64,000 bases of DNA from Flavobacteriaceae bacterium (GTDB lineage Bacteria > Bacteroidota > Bacteroidia > Flavobacteriales > Flavobacteriaceae). Shown here in pieces: positions 52,889-61,867 of the stretch. Under the pieces are notes generated by a model, which worked only from the letters and a program-made list of their open reading frames with translations, searched no databases and was not told where the DNA came from. The stretch is taken from the NCBI GenBank assembly GCA_021647405.1, contig JAKIUU010000006.1:30148-94147 (forward strand), read 5' to 3'. The stretch's first letter is position 1. Every line of letters begins with the position of its first letter. The translations under genes and the position numbers were made by a program.

Positions 52889-54406
52889 ATGAATAAGAAA
52901 GTAATTTTAATGATTTTAGATGGCTGGGGTATCGCTCAAAACCCTGATGTTTCTGCCATCGACCATGCAAAAACACCGTTTATAGATACGCTTTATACCA
53001 AATATCCCAATGCCAGCCTACGCACAGATGGTTTACATGTGGGGCTTCCAGAAGGACAAATGGGCAATTCAGAAGTGGGTCATATGAACCTCGGTGCCGG
53101 ACGCATTGTGTATCAAAATCTTGTTAAAATAAATTTGGCTGCTGCCGATGGCTCTTTGGCGCAAGAAAAGGAAATCGTAAATGCCTTTAACTATGCCAAA
53201 GCCAACAATAAAAATATCCATTTCTTAGGACTGGTTTCAGATGGTGGCATCCATTCACACATTGACCATTTAAAAGCTTTAACCCAAGCGGCAGCCGATA
53301 ATAAAGTGCCCAATGTTTTTGTACATGCTTTTACAGATGGGCGCGATTGCGACCCAAAATCGGGGGCTGGTTTTATAAGCGATTTAGAACAGCACTTAAA
53401 AAAAACAACCGGTACAATAGCCAGTATTACAGGGCGTTATTTTGCCATGGATCGCGACAAACGATGGGAACGTGTTGCTATTGCTTACAATGCTTTGGTT
53501 AAAGGAGAAGGTGAAAAATCGCACAATCTAATTGCGGGTATTAAAGACAGTTATGCCCAAGGAGTTACCGATGAATTTATAAAACCCATCATTAAAGTTG
53601 ACGACAAAAACAATACTGTTGGAAGCATAAAAGAAGGCGATGTCATCATTTTCTTCAACTTCAGAACAGACCGCGGAAGAGAATTGACCGAAGTCTTGAC
53701 ACAACAAGATTATCCGGAATTTGGCATGTCAAAACGGCCTCTTTATTATGTTACAATGACCAGTTATAATGATGCATTTAAAAACATGCATATTGTCTAT
53801 AAAAAAGATAATTTAATAGATACTTTGGGAGAGGTTTTAGAGAAAAATAACAAAAAACAAATCCGCATTGCTGAGACCGAAAAATATCCGCACGTCACTT
53901 TTTTCTTTTCGGGCGGTCGCGAAAAGCCCTTTAAAGGTGAAAGGCGTATTTTATGTCCATCGCCAAAGGTAGCTACTTACGATTTACAACCCGAAATGAG
54001 TGCTTATGACATTCGCGATGGCATTATCACCGAACTTAAAAAAGGAGAAGTCGATTTTGTGTGTTTAAATTTCGCCAACGGCGATATGGTAGGTCATACC
54101 GGTGTTATGGAAGCTGCTATTAAAGCCTGTCAGGCGGTTGATGCTTGTGTAAAAGATGTGGTAACAACAGCATTGGAAAATGATTATACAACTATTATCA
54201 TTGCAGACCACGGTAATTGCGAAAAAATGATCAACGAAGATGGTACGCCCAATACAGCACACACAACATTTCCTGTACCTGTTATTTTGGTTGATAAAGA
54301 CCTCAAAAAAATCAAATCAGGTATTTTGGGAGATATGGCACCTACCATTTTAAAACTTATGGGCATTGAACAACCTAAAGTCATGACGCAAAAACCATTA
54401 GTTTGA
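52889..54406 (+). CDS. gpmI: 2,3-bisphosphoglycerate-independent phosphoglycerate mutase
   Basis: 505 aa. It begins ILMILDGWG, contains the catalytic-Ser motif GNSEVGHMNLGAGR, and has ADHGN near the C-terminus. Confidence 0.92.
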   Translation: MNKKVILMILDGWGIAQNPDVSAIDHAKTPFIDTLYTKYPNASLRTDGLHVGLPEGQMGNSEVGHMNLGAGRIVYQNLVKINLAAADGSLAQEKEIVNAFNYAKANNKNIHFLGLVSDGGIHSHIDHLKALTQAAADNKVPNVFVHAFTDGRDCDPKSGAGFISDLEQHLKKTTGTIASITGRYFAMDRDKRWERVAIAYNALVKGEGEKSHNLIAGIKDSYAQGVTDEFIKPIIKVDDKNNTVGSIKEGDVIIFFNFRTDRGRELTEVLTQQDYPEFGMSKRPLYYVTMTSYNDAFKNMHIVYKKDNLIDTLGEVLEKNNKKQIRIAETEKYPHVTFFFSGGREKPFKGERRILCPSPKVATYDLQPEMSAYDIRDGIITELKKGEVDFVCLNFANGDMVGHTGVMEAAIKACQAVDACVKDVVTTALENDYTTIIIADHGNCEKMINEDGTPNTAHTTFPVPVILVDKDLKKIKSGILGDMAPTILKLMGIEQPKVMTQKPLV

Positions 54407-54440
54407 TAAAAAAAGTATATTTGTCCTTAAATTATTTTAA

Positions 54441-54851
54441 ATGATTCCCGAAAAATCGCTTGTTATTGCCGTTGACTTTGATGGTACCATTGTAGAATCT
54501 GCCTATCCTAAAATAGGTAAGCCTATTATGTTTGCTTTCGACACCTTAAAAGCACTTAAAAATGACGGCCATCGCTTAATTTTATGGACCTATCGTGGAG
54601 GGTCACTTTTAAAAGAAGCGGTTGATTTTTGCAAAAAAAACGGTATTGAATTCTACGCTGTTAACAGCAGTTTTGAAGGCGAAAAATTAACTGAAAAAAT
54701 CAGTAGAAAAATTTTAGCAGATATTTATATTGACGATAGAAATATAGGTGGCCTACCCGATTGGGGCGAAATATATCAGCTTATCTCTAATGGGAAACCG
54801 CTAGGAGAACCCCCTGTTAAAAAAGGCTTTTTTTCTTTTTTAAAATCGTAA
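54441..54851 (+). CDS. small HAD-like phosphatase-fold protein
   Basis: 136 aa with an N-terminal DFDGT motif (HAD motif I) and a later YIDDR motif. Confidence 0.5.
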   Translation: MIPEKSLVIAVDFDGTIVESAYPKIGKPIMFAFDTLKALKNDGHRLILWTYRGGSLLKEAVDFCKKNGIEFYAVNSSFEGEKLTEKISRKILADIYIDDRNIGGLPDWGEIYQLISNGKPLGEPPVKKGFFSFLKS

Positions 54852-54852
54852 A

Positions 54853-56115
54853 TCACGATTCAAAATAAGCCTTTTCTATAGCTTCCCTATGATTGGGATG
54901 CGCAATATTAATCAATGCTTTTACACGTTGCTGAATTGTTTTTCCGTATAAATTGGCCACACCATACTCTGTTATAATATACTGAACATGTGCTCTGGTT
55001 GTAACAACACCAGCCCCTTGTTTTAAAAAGGGAACGATTCTGCTCTCGCCTTTTTTGGTTGTTGATGGCAGGGCAATAATAGCTTTTCCACCTTCACTTA
55101 ACGAAGCGCCACGAATAAAATCCATTTGACCACCAACGCCTGAATAAATATTTTTACCGATAGAATCAGCGCAAACCTGACCTGTTAGATCAACTTCAAT
55201 AGCTGAATTAATTGAAATCATTTTAGGATTTTGTCTGATGTTAGCCACATCATTAACATAATCGGCCGCACGCATTTCTATAAACGGATTGTCATCAATA
55301 TAATCATACAATCTTTTGGTTCCTAAGGCAAATGTTGCCAAAGCACGCCCCGGATTTACACGCTTATAATTGCTGTTAATGACATCGTTCAAAATCAAAT
55401 CAATCACACCATCCGAAAGCATCTCAGTATGCAAACCCAAATCTTTATGATTGCCCAAGCGCTGTAAAACAGCATTTGGAATAACACCAATACCCAACTG
55501 AAGTGTGCTTCTGTCGTCTATTAACTCGGCAATATAATCACCTATTTTTTGAGCTTCGGGGGTAGAATCTGGAATCTTCAACTCTACCAAATTGCTATTA
55601 TTTTCAACAAAAGTATCCAATTCTGAAATATGAATAATACCATCGCCATGGGTACGTGGCATAAAACTATTGATTTGTGCAATGACGTGCTTGGCCTGCG
55701 AAATAGCTGCTAAAGTAGCTTCAACAGAAACCCCTAAAGAACAATAGCCATGTTTGTCTGGGGGCGAAACCTGAATTAAAGCCACATCGATAGGAATGAT
55801 ATTGCGTTTAAACAACAAAGGCAATTCGCTTAAAAAGACGGGGGTATAGGATCCATTGCCTTTTTTTAAAGTATGCCTTACATTACCGCCTACAAAAAAC
55901 GAATTAACACAAAAACTCTCTTGATAAATTGGATTGGTATAGGGAGCTTCACCTTCGGTATGTAAGTGGCATATTTCGACGTTTTTTAACTCACTATGCC
56001 TCTGGGTCATGGCGTCAATTAATGCGCTAGGCGCTGCAGCGGCGGCCTGAATATAAACCCTATCTCCCGATTTAATAATTTCTACAGCCTTAGCCGCACT
56101 TATGGCTTTATACAT
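54853..56115 (-). CDS. acetyl-CoA hydrolase/transferase-family CoA-transferase (4-hydroxybutyrate/succinate CoA-transferase-like)
   Basis: 420 aa with a GVGGQMDF-type motif. The overall pattern fits the AcetylCoA_hydro family. Confidence 0.8.
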   Translation of the reverse strand: MYKAISAAKAVEIIKSGDRVYIQAAAAAPSALIDAMTQRHSELKNVEICHLHTEGEAPYTNPIYQESFCVNSFFVGGNVRHTLKKGNGSYTPVFLSELPLLFKRNIIPIDVALIQVSPPDKHGYCSLGVSVEATLAAISQAKHVIAQINSFMPRTHGDGIIHISELDTFVENNSNLVELKIPDSTPEAQKIGDYIAELIDDRSTLQLGIGVIPNAVLQRLGNHKDLGLHTEMLSDGVIDLILNDVINSNYKRVNPGRALATFALGTKRLYDYIDDNPFIEMRAADYVNDVANIRQNPKMISINSAIEVDLTGQVCADSIGKNIYSGVGGQMDFIRGASLSEGGKAIIALPSTTKKGESRIVPFLKQGAGVVTTRAHVQYIITEYGVANLYGKTIQQRVKALINIAHPNHREAIEKAYFES

Positions 56116-56230
56116 AACAAACTATTTTTGAAATACAAAAATACACTTTAGTTTTATCTAAAATCCTGTTAAAAATCAGCTTTATATCAAGTAAATTTAG
56201 AACTTATAAAATAATAAATCTTTTTTAAAG

Positions 56231-56238
56231 TATCTTTG
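56231..56238 (+). promoter_or_regulatory. -7 box TATCTTTG upstream of map
   Basis: TAnnTTTG match 23 nt before the ATG at 56262. Confidence 0.3.
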
Positions 56239-56261
56239 TTGCTTAACAGATTTTGCCATCC

Positions 56262-57080
56262 ATGATTCATTTAAAAACACCTGAAGAAATAGAGCTCATG
56301 CGTGAAAGTGCCCTCATCGTTTCTAAAACTTTGGGCATACTTGCCAACGAAATAAAACCAGGCATTACCACTTTATACTTGGATAAATTGGCCGAAACTT
56401 TTATTCGCGACCAAGGTGCTACACCCGGATTTTTAGGGCTTTATGATTTTCCAAATACCTTATGCATGAGTCCAAATGCCCAAGTGGTACACGGCATCCC
56501 TAATAACACCCCTTTAAAAGAAGGTGCTATTATTTCTATTGATTGTGGCGCATTAAAAAATGGATTTTATGGCGATCACGCTTATACTTTTGAAGTGGGC
56601 GAAGTTGATAAGGCTACCCAAAAACTTTTAAAAATAACAAAAGAAAGCCTCTACAAAGGCATTGCCGCCTTTAAAGCAGGCAACCGTGTTGGCGACGTGG
56701 GTTATGCCATTCAAAAACACACAGAAAACGAAGGCTATGGTGTGGTTCGCGAACTGGTTGGTCACGGATTGGGTCGTGTAATGCACGAAGATCCAGAAAT
56801 GCCAAATTATGGCAAACGTGGCAGAGGCAAGCAATTTAAAGAAGGTTTGGTAGTGGCTATTGAACCTATGATAAACTTGGGGACACACCGTATAAATCAA
56901 CTCAGAGACGGTTGGACCATCTTAACAGCCGATGGCAAACCTTCTGCTCATTTTGAGCATGATGTGGCTATTGTTGACGGCAAACCCGAATTACTTTCTA
57001 CGTTTCAATACATTTACAAAGCCTTAGGTATTACTAGCGATGAAGAAGTGCCTTTTAGAAAAGAACCCCTAGTAATATAA
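56262..57080 (+). CDS. map: type I methionine aminopeptidase
   Basis: The ATG at 56262 (MIHLKTPEEIELMRES) is preferred. Metal-ligand pattern D..D...H...E...E is present within IDCGA...GDHAYTF...GHGLG...EP...HFEH. Confidence 0.9.
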   Translation: MIHLKTPEEIELMRESALIVSKTLGILANEIKPGITTLYLDKLAETFIRDQGATPGFLGLYDFPNTLCMSPNAQVVHGIPNNTPLKEGAIISIDCGALKNGFYGDHAYTFEVGEVDKATQKLLKITKESLYKGIAAFKAGNRVGDVGYAIQKHTENEGYGVVRELVGHGLGRVMHEDPEMPNYGKRGRGKQFKEGLVVAIEPMINLGTHRINQLRDGWTILTADGKPSAHFEHDVAIVDGKPELLSTFQYIYKALGITSDEEVPFRKEPLVI

Positions 57081-57083
57081 TAT

Positions 57084-57848
57084 ATGGGTGTTTTTAAACT
57101 GATATTAAATACCATCCCCAGACCTTTCTTAATAAAAATGAGCTATTGGGTACGCCCTTTTCTCACTCTTTGGTATCGGGGCAATACTTATACTGACCCC
57201 ATTGACGGTAATAGTTTTAAATTGTTTTTACCTTATGGATACGGTTCCCAACGCCCCAATGTTTTAGCACCTGCTACCCTTTCGTTAGAGCGTCACCGTT
57301 TGTTGTGGTTGTATTTGCAAAACGAAACCGATTTTTTTACAGCGCCTTTAAAAGTATTGCACATGGCACCCGAACAGTGTTTTATAAAACGATTTAAAGC
57401 ACTCAAAAATTTAGATTATACCACAGCCGATTTGTATGCACCACATGTAGATGTAAAAGCCGATATCTGTAATTTACCTTTTGCGGATAATAGTTTTGAT
57501 GTGATTTTTTGCAACCATGTTTTGGAGCATATTACAGCCGATACAAAAGCCATGCAAGAACTTTTTAGGGTTTTAAAACCCAAAGGTTTTGGTGTTTTTC
57601 AAGTGCCGCAAGACTTAAACCGTGACAAAACTTACGAAGATCTTAGCATTACCAAACCCAAAGAACGCCAAAAACATTTTGGCCAATACGACCATGTACG
57701 TGTTTATGGCCGCGATTATTTTGACCGATTAAGAGCTGTTGGATTTGAGGTGAAAGAAGTTAACTACTCAGAAAAACTGGATACAGAACTTATAGAAAAA
57801 TACCGCTTGGCAAAAGGAGAAATTTTACCTGTTTGTTTTAAAAGATAG
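57084..57848 (+). CDS. class I SAM-dependent methyltransferase
   Basis: 254 aa with an FDVIFCNHVLEH post-motif and an LKPKGF motif. Confidence 0.7.
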   Translation: MGVFKLILNTIPRPFLIKMSYWVRPFLTLWYRGNTYTDPIDGNSFKLFLPYGYGSQRPNVLAPATLSLERHRLLWLYLQNETDFFTAPLKVLHMAPEQCFIKRFKALKNLDYTTADLYAPHVDVKADICNLPFADNSFDVIFCNHVLEHITADTKAMQELFRVLKPKGFGVFQVPQDLNRDKTYEDLSITKPKERQKHFGQYDHVRVYGRDYFDRLRAVGFEVKEVNYSEKLDTELIEKYRLAKGEILPVCFKR

Positions 57849-57853
57849 TGAAT

Positions 57854-57890
57854 AGAACACAGATGACGCTGATTTAGCTGATTTTCACTG
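57854..57890 (+). repeat. direct repeat copy A (AGAACACAGATGACGCTGATTTAGCTGATTTTCACT)
   Basis: Matches copy B, 140 nt downstream, at 33 of 36 positions. Internally it is built of nCTGATTTn 9-mers. Confidence 0.8.
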
Positions 57891-57993
57891 ATATAATTTT
57901 CTAATAAACTGACTGCGAAAACAAAATCAAGCGATAATCATAAAAAATCTGTGTTATCAGCGTGCTATAATACCTTAAAATATCCACAAAGAA

Positions 57994-58029
57994 AGAACAC
58001 AGATGACGCTGGTTTAACTGATTTGCACT
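57994..58029 (+). repeat. direct repeat copy B (AGAACACAGATGACGCTGGTTTAACTGATTTGCACT)
   Basis: See copy A. Both copies lie in the 368-bp non-coding spacer between the methyltransferase and abiEii. Confidence 0.8.
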
Positions 58030-58216
58030 ACTAAAACCACATCACTTGCGAATACTGATAATAATTGGGATGTGTCAGTCTCTTGGATAATGAGATTGCC
58101 ACATCCGTACCAAAATATTTTGCTGCTCTTTAGCAATGACTAATATTGGAGAACGGGTTTTTATAAGACTTGTTTTTAACTCAGTTCTTTATTGGCAATC
58201 GTTTTTTATTTTTTAC

Positions 58217-59074
58217 CTAGCAACTCTCAAATTTTATTTTCTCTATTAAATCTTTGAAATATTCAGGACTCCAAATATTTAAAACATCATCATTTTGAAT
58301 AAACCTAACAACATCCTCTTTAATACTGCTAAAAGAAACTGATTTTATTTTGCTATCTAATAGCTCAATAATCTGTTCATTAGAAATATTATCATCTTGC
58401 CAGTCGTTTGTGTCTTTTGCCCTTGTTAGGAAATGATTTACATCCAAAGGAATTCCTTTTTTAACATACCATTCTAAGTCATACCAATCCCTTCCTTTGA
58501 CTCTATTTTGCCATTTTCTAAAAAGGAGGGCATGCATTTTACCTGCAAATAAATTTGATTTGGTAAAACATTTCACATAAAAAGAAAATGGACGGAGTAA
58601 TAACTTTTCTTCGGTTCTGAAATTCAATGGAGGCTGTCGATCAACTTCTACTTTTATCTTCAAAGTCTTGTTAGAACGCACCCCTGTTTCCTTGATAATG
58701 TCAACGAGTACAATTTCTTGCCATATTGATTCTGCTTTTAGGAAAGCTGAATCAATAGCTGTTTGTTTAGTTTTTTTCTTTTCCTTAATACTAACAGTTA
58801 GTCCTAATGACTTAAATTCATTTAAAACGGCTTTGAAATATGGCTCAATTGAAAAATTTGAATCAGGTTTAAGTAAAGAAAAATCCAAATCTTCTGAATA
58901 TCTATCCAATCCATAAAAAATTCGAAGAGCGGTTCCTCCATAAAAAGCTGCTTTCTCAAAAAAGTCAGTTCTTGATAAACCTGCTAAAGTTATTTCTTGC
59001 ATTATTTCTTGTAATGCATATAATATTTCTTCTTCATTTTGAGGATTATATTCCTCTATCCACTCTTTTATCAT
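58217..59074 (-). CDS. abiEii: AbiEii/AbiGii-family nucleotidyltransferase toxin (type IV toxin-antitoxin / abortive infection)
   Basis: 285 aa with the GGTALRIFYGLDRYSEDLDF nucleotidyltransferase motif characteristic of DUF1814/AbiEii. ATGA overlap with the upstream gene. Confidence 0.8.
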   Translation of the reverse strand: MIKEWIEEYNPQNEEEILYALQEIMQEITLAGLSRTDFFEKAAFYGGTALRIFYGLDRYSEDLDFSLLKPDSNFSIEPYFKAVLNEFKSLGLTVSIKEKKKTKQTAIDSAFLKAESIWQEIVLVDIIKETGVRSNKTLKIKVEVDRQPPLNFRTEEKLLLRPFSFYVKCFTKSNLFAGKMHALLFRKWQNRVKGRDWYDLEWYVKKGIPLDVNHFLTRAKDTNDWQDDNISNEQIIELLDSKIKSVSFSSIKEDVVRFIQNDDVLNIWSPEYFKDLIEKIKFESC

Positions 59075-59709
59075 AATTCTATCAACGTTTTAATAAGCAT
59101 TTTTAGGCTGCTTTTTTTAGGAGCGTTTTTAACCCATAATTCTATAATTTTCGTATCTAATGTTTTTAATATTTCACTATCTATACGAAGATCTTCCATT
59201 AAAAATTCTCGAGTTTGTTTTATGCTTCTAAGATAAATTTTGGGTGTTAGCACAACTTTATCACATAAAGCTTTTTCAGGTGAGGCAACTAACATTGTTT
59301 GCTTAGGTGAATATTCTATATTTTTTATTCCATAAGAATAATAAGGAGTCTTTAATTGTTGGTAACTAAATCGTCCAACAGGAGTTTTATATAACTTTGA
59401 GGTTTTTATGGTTACTGAACTTATTTCATAAGCTCTTTCTGGTATCATGTTCCAATAAGATAATGCAGACTCTAATGACACATAACTTGGTCCTCTAAGG
59501 TGATTCGCTATTAGAAAAGGTTCTGGTGTAGGTAAATCCATTTTAGCCCCCGTTATATATAGTCCTCTTCTAATTGAAATAAGCTCTTTGCTTTTAAGTA
59601 GCTCACTAATTTTATCATTTGGACTCTGATAATCACTTAGTAATTCTAAAATCAAGTATCTAGATATAGGAGCTTCAGCATATTTCTTTACCATTTTTCT
59701 AAAATCCAT
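59071..59709 (-). CDS. abiEi: AbiEi-family antitoxin / transcriptional regulator
   Basis: 212 aa. It has an N-terminal winged-helix-like region (LISIRRGLY) and a PSYVSLESALSYWNMIPE motif typical of AbiEi. It is coupled to abiEii. Confidence 0.75.
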   Translation of the reverse strand: MDFRKMVKKYAEAPISRYLILELLSDYQSPNDKISELLKSKELISIRRGLYITGAKMDLPTPEPFLIANHLRGPSYVSLESALSYWNMIPERAYEISSVTIKTSKLYKTPVGRFSYQQLKTPYYSYGIKNIEYSPKQTMLVASPEKALCDKVVLTPKIYLRSIKQTREFLMEDLRIDSEILKTLDTKIIELWVKNAPKKSSLKMLIKTLIEL

Positions 59710-59730
59710 ATTGTAATTATTTTATATGAC

Positions 59731-59749
59731 AATCGGGGTATTACCGATT
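59731..59749. promoter_or_regulatory. inverted repeat AATCGG-N7-CCGATT between the abiEi -7 box and its start codon (candidate AbiEi operator)
   Basis: Perfect 6-bp arms, 22 nt upstream of the abiEi ATG. The same arms and spacing recur at 59794-59812. Confidence 0.3.
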
Positions 59750-59757
59750 AACTAATG

Positions 59758-59765
59758 CAAATATA
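59758..59765 (-). promoter_or_regulatory. -7 box TATATTTG upstream of abiEi
   Basis: TAnnTTTG match on the minus strand, 48 nt before the ATG. No clean -33 element. Confidence 0.3.
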
Positions 59766-59779
59766 GCAATTACATGTGA

Positions 59780-59819
59780 AAAAACAATCATATAATCGGA
59801 ATTATTCCGATTATATGAT
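59780..59819 (-). terminator. rho-independent terminator of mpl (33-nt perfect palindrome plus U-tract)
   Basis: ATCATATAATCGGAAT-a-ATTCCGATTATATGAT has 16-bp arms and is followed on the minus strand by UGUUUUUU. It starts about 66 nt after the mpl stop. Its core is AATCGG-N7-CCGATT. Confidence 0.6.
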
Positions 59820-59884
59820 TAAATTATTGCAATTATATTGAGGCATAAAGAGATTCTTCATTACGTTCAGAATGACAAACAATT

Positions 59885-61237
59885 TTAAACCAACTTACAA
59901 AGCCTCTTAAAATCTAAGCCCCCGTAATTTCCTGAACTCATTAAAAGCAAGGCTGTATTTTTTAAATTTTGTTCAAATAAATAAGCACTAAAAGCTTTGG
60001 GGTCTGTAAATACTTTTAAGTCGGTTCTGTTAAAAGCTTCTTTTATTTCGGATATCGAAATAGATGCTAATTGTTTTATAGCAAGGGCTTTTGGGGCATA
60101 AAAAACCACAGCTTCGTCAGCAGCATCAAGCGCGTGTTGATATTGCTTTAAAAATATGGGATTTAAACTGCTATAAGTATGCAATTCTAAACAAGCCAAT
60201 AATCTGCGTTCTTTATATTGGGTTTTTACCGCATTTGTGGTGGCTATAACTTTACTGGGTGCATGGGCAAAATCTTTAAAAATAGCTGTTGAATCATTCT
60301 CTGCTATTTTTTGCAAGCGTTTATCGGCGCCTTTAAAATGGGCAATAGCTTTGTAGAAAGCAGTTTCATCTAGACCCATTTGTGCGCATATACATTTGGC
60401 ACCCGCCAAATTTTGAAGATTGTGATTGCCAAAAACAGCCAAAGCCACATCCCCTTGAGGTGTTTTTAAATAAGTGATGCCTTTATCGATAAAATGCTTG
60501 GGTGTTTGATAAGGAATTTTATACAAATCGTTTGTAGATTCTGCTACAATATTTTTGACATTTTCATCTTCATTATTATAGATTATTGTCCCATTAGGAA
60601 GGATAGAATCGACAAATATTTTAAACTGTTCTAGGTAATTATCAAAAGTGGGGAATACATTTATATGATCCCATGCAACACCACTAATAAGGGCAATATG
60701 GGGTTTGTACAAGTGGAATTTAGGGCGTCTGTCTATGGGCGAACTCAAATACTCATCGCCTTCAAGTAGCATGTATTTATTATCTTGGGTAAGGTGTACC
60801 ATCGTATCAAAACCTGTCAACTGTGCGCCCACCATATAATCGACTTCCTTTTTATGATAATGCAAGACATGTAAAATCATGGCGGTAATGGTGGTTTTGC
60901 CATGACTGCCGCCAATAACCACACGTATTTTATCTTTAGACTGCGCGTATAAAAATTCTGGATAGGAGTAAATTTTTAAGTCCAATTCTTGAGCACGTAA
61001 CAATTCTGTATTATCGGGTTTGGCATGCATACCCAAAATAACAGCATCAATTTTATTTGTAATTTTATTGGGGAACCACCCAAAAGATTTGGGCAATAAA
61101 TTTTTAGCGGCCAAGCGCGATTTTGACGGCTCGTGAATAGCGTCATCGCTTCCAGTAACATTCTGCCCTTTATTGTGTAAAGCAATGGCTAAGTTGTGCA
61201 TGGCACTACCGCCAATGGCTATAAAATGGATGTTCAT
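59885..61237 (-). CDS. mpl: UDP-N-acetylmuramate:L-alanyl-gamma-D-glutamyl-meso-diaminopimelate ligase (murein peptide ligase)
   Basis: 450 aa, Mur-ligase family. It begins IHFIAIGGSAMHNLA and carries the GSHGKTT P-loop. Confidence 0.85.
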   Translation of the reverse strand: MNIHFIAIGGSAMHNLAIALHNKGQNVTGSDDAIHEPSKSRLAAKNLLPKSFGWFPNKITNKIDAVILGMHAKPDNTELLRAQELDLKIYSYPEFLYAQSKDKIRVVIGGSHGKTTITAMILHVLHYHKKEVDYMVGAQLTGFDTMVHLTQDNKYMLLEGDEYLSSPIDRRPKFHLYKPHIALISGVAWDHINVFPTFDNYLEQFKIFVDSILPNGTIIYNNEDENVKNIVAESTNDLYKIPYQTPKHFIDKGITYLKTPQGDVALAVFGNHNLQNLAGAKCICAQMGLDETAFYKAIAHFKGADKRLQKIAENDSTAIFKDFAHAPSKVIATTNAVKTQYKERRLLACLELHTYSSLNPIFLKQYQHALDAADEAVVFYAPKALAIKQLASISISEIKEAFNRTDLKVFTDPKAFSAYLFEQNLKNTALLLMSSGNYGGLDFKRLCKLV

Positions 61238-61336
61238 TAGTAAATATTAGAGTGGTAAAAGTACAAAATCAGACAATACTATTTACGCAATTCTTTTACT
61301 TTAGTTAACTTTGTTATTTAATAAATAACATCATTT

Positions 61337-61858
61337 ATGTTCAACGACGCCGACAACCAAGACAACATGCACGAGCGTATCAAAAAGATGCCGCTTTTTA
61401 AAAAGGCCGAAGAAATTAGGCACTTGAGTCTAAAAATTATTGAGAGTGTAGCAAGTGAAGACACCGCACATCTGGATACATTTAAGCGTGATTCTCTAAA
61501 ACATCACGCACAATATATAAATAGTAACGCTCTAATTATTCCAGCTAAAATCAGTGGTGCCGAAGCTGTAGAAATCTACGATTTAAAAATGGAAAATGCC
61601 GCCATTATCCGCAAAGCGGCGCGTGAAATTATGACCGATTGTACCGGTTTAAGAATAAATGGCTATAAAAATACCGATTACTTGCAATTGCTTCGTGATG
61701 AGATAGAAGAGTTTAGAATTTTATTTGCCGAATGGGTAAAAACTTTTGACCCCTGGAATTACACTATAGACCGTTGGGGCTTGTTTAATCCGCCGGGCGT
61801 AGATTACGACACGCATGACCCCGACGATGACATTCCTTTTAGTCCAGATGATTTTTAG
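61337..61858 (+). CDS. hypothetical protein with an acidic C-terminus
   Basis: 173-aa ORF with an ATG start and ordinary composition. No motif recognised. Confidence 0.45.
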   Translation: MFNDADNQDNMHERIKKMPLFKKAEEIRHLSLKIIESVASEDTAHLDTFKRDSLKHHAQYINSNALIIPAKISGAEAVEIYDLKMENAAIIRKAAREIMTDCTGLRINGYKNTDYLQLLRDEIEEFRILFAEWVKTFDPWNYTIDRWGLFNPPGVDYDTHDPDDDIPFSPDDF

Positions 61859-61867
61859 GCGTGATTT

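Noticed and set aside
57980-57988. ATATCCACA, an 8-of-9 match to the DnaA box TTATCCACA.
   Set aside because: It is a single box with no cluster, no dnaA gene and no AT-rich unwinding-element context. One or two such matches are expected by chance in 64 kb.
58068-58106. GGATGTG...CACATCC 7-bp inverted repeat with a 25-nt loop, downstream of abiEii.
   Set aside because: The stem is short and the loop long. There is no U-tract and no second copy, so it is not distinguishable from chance.
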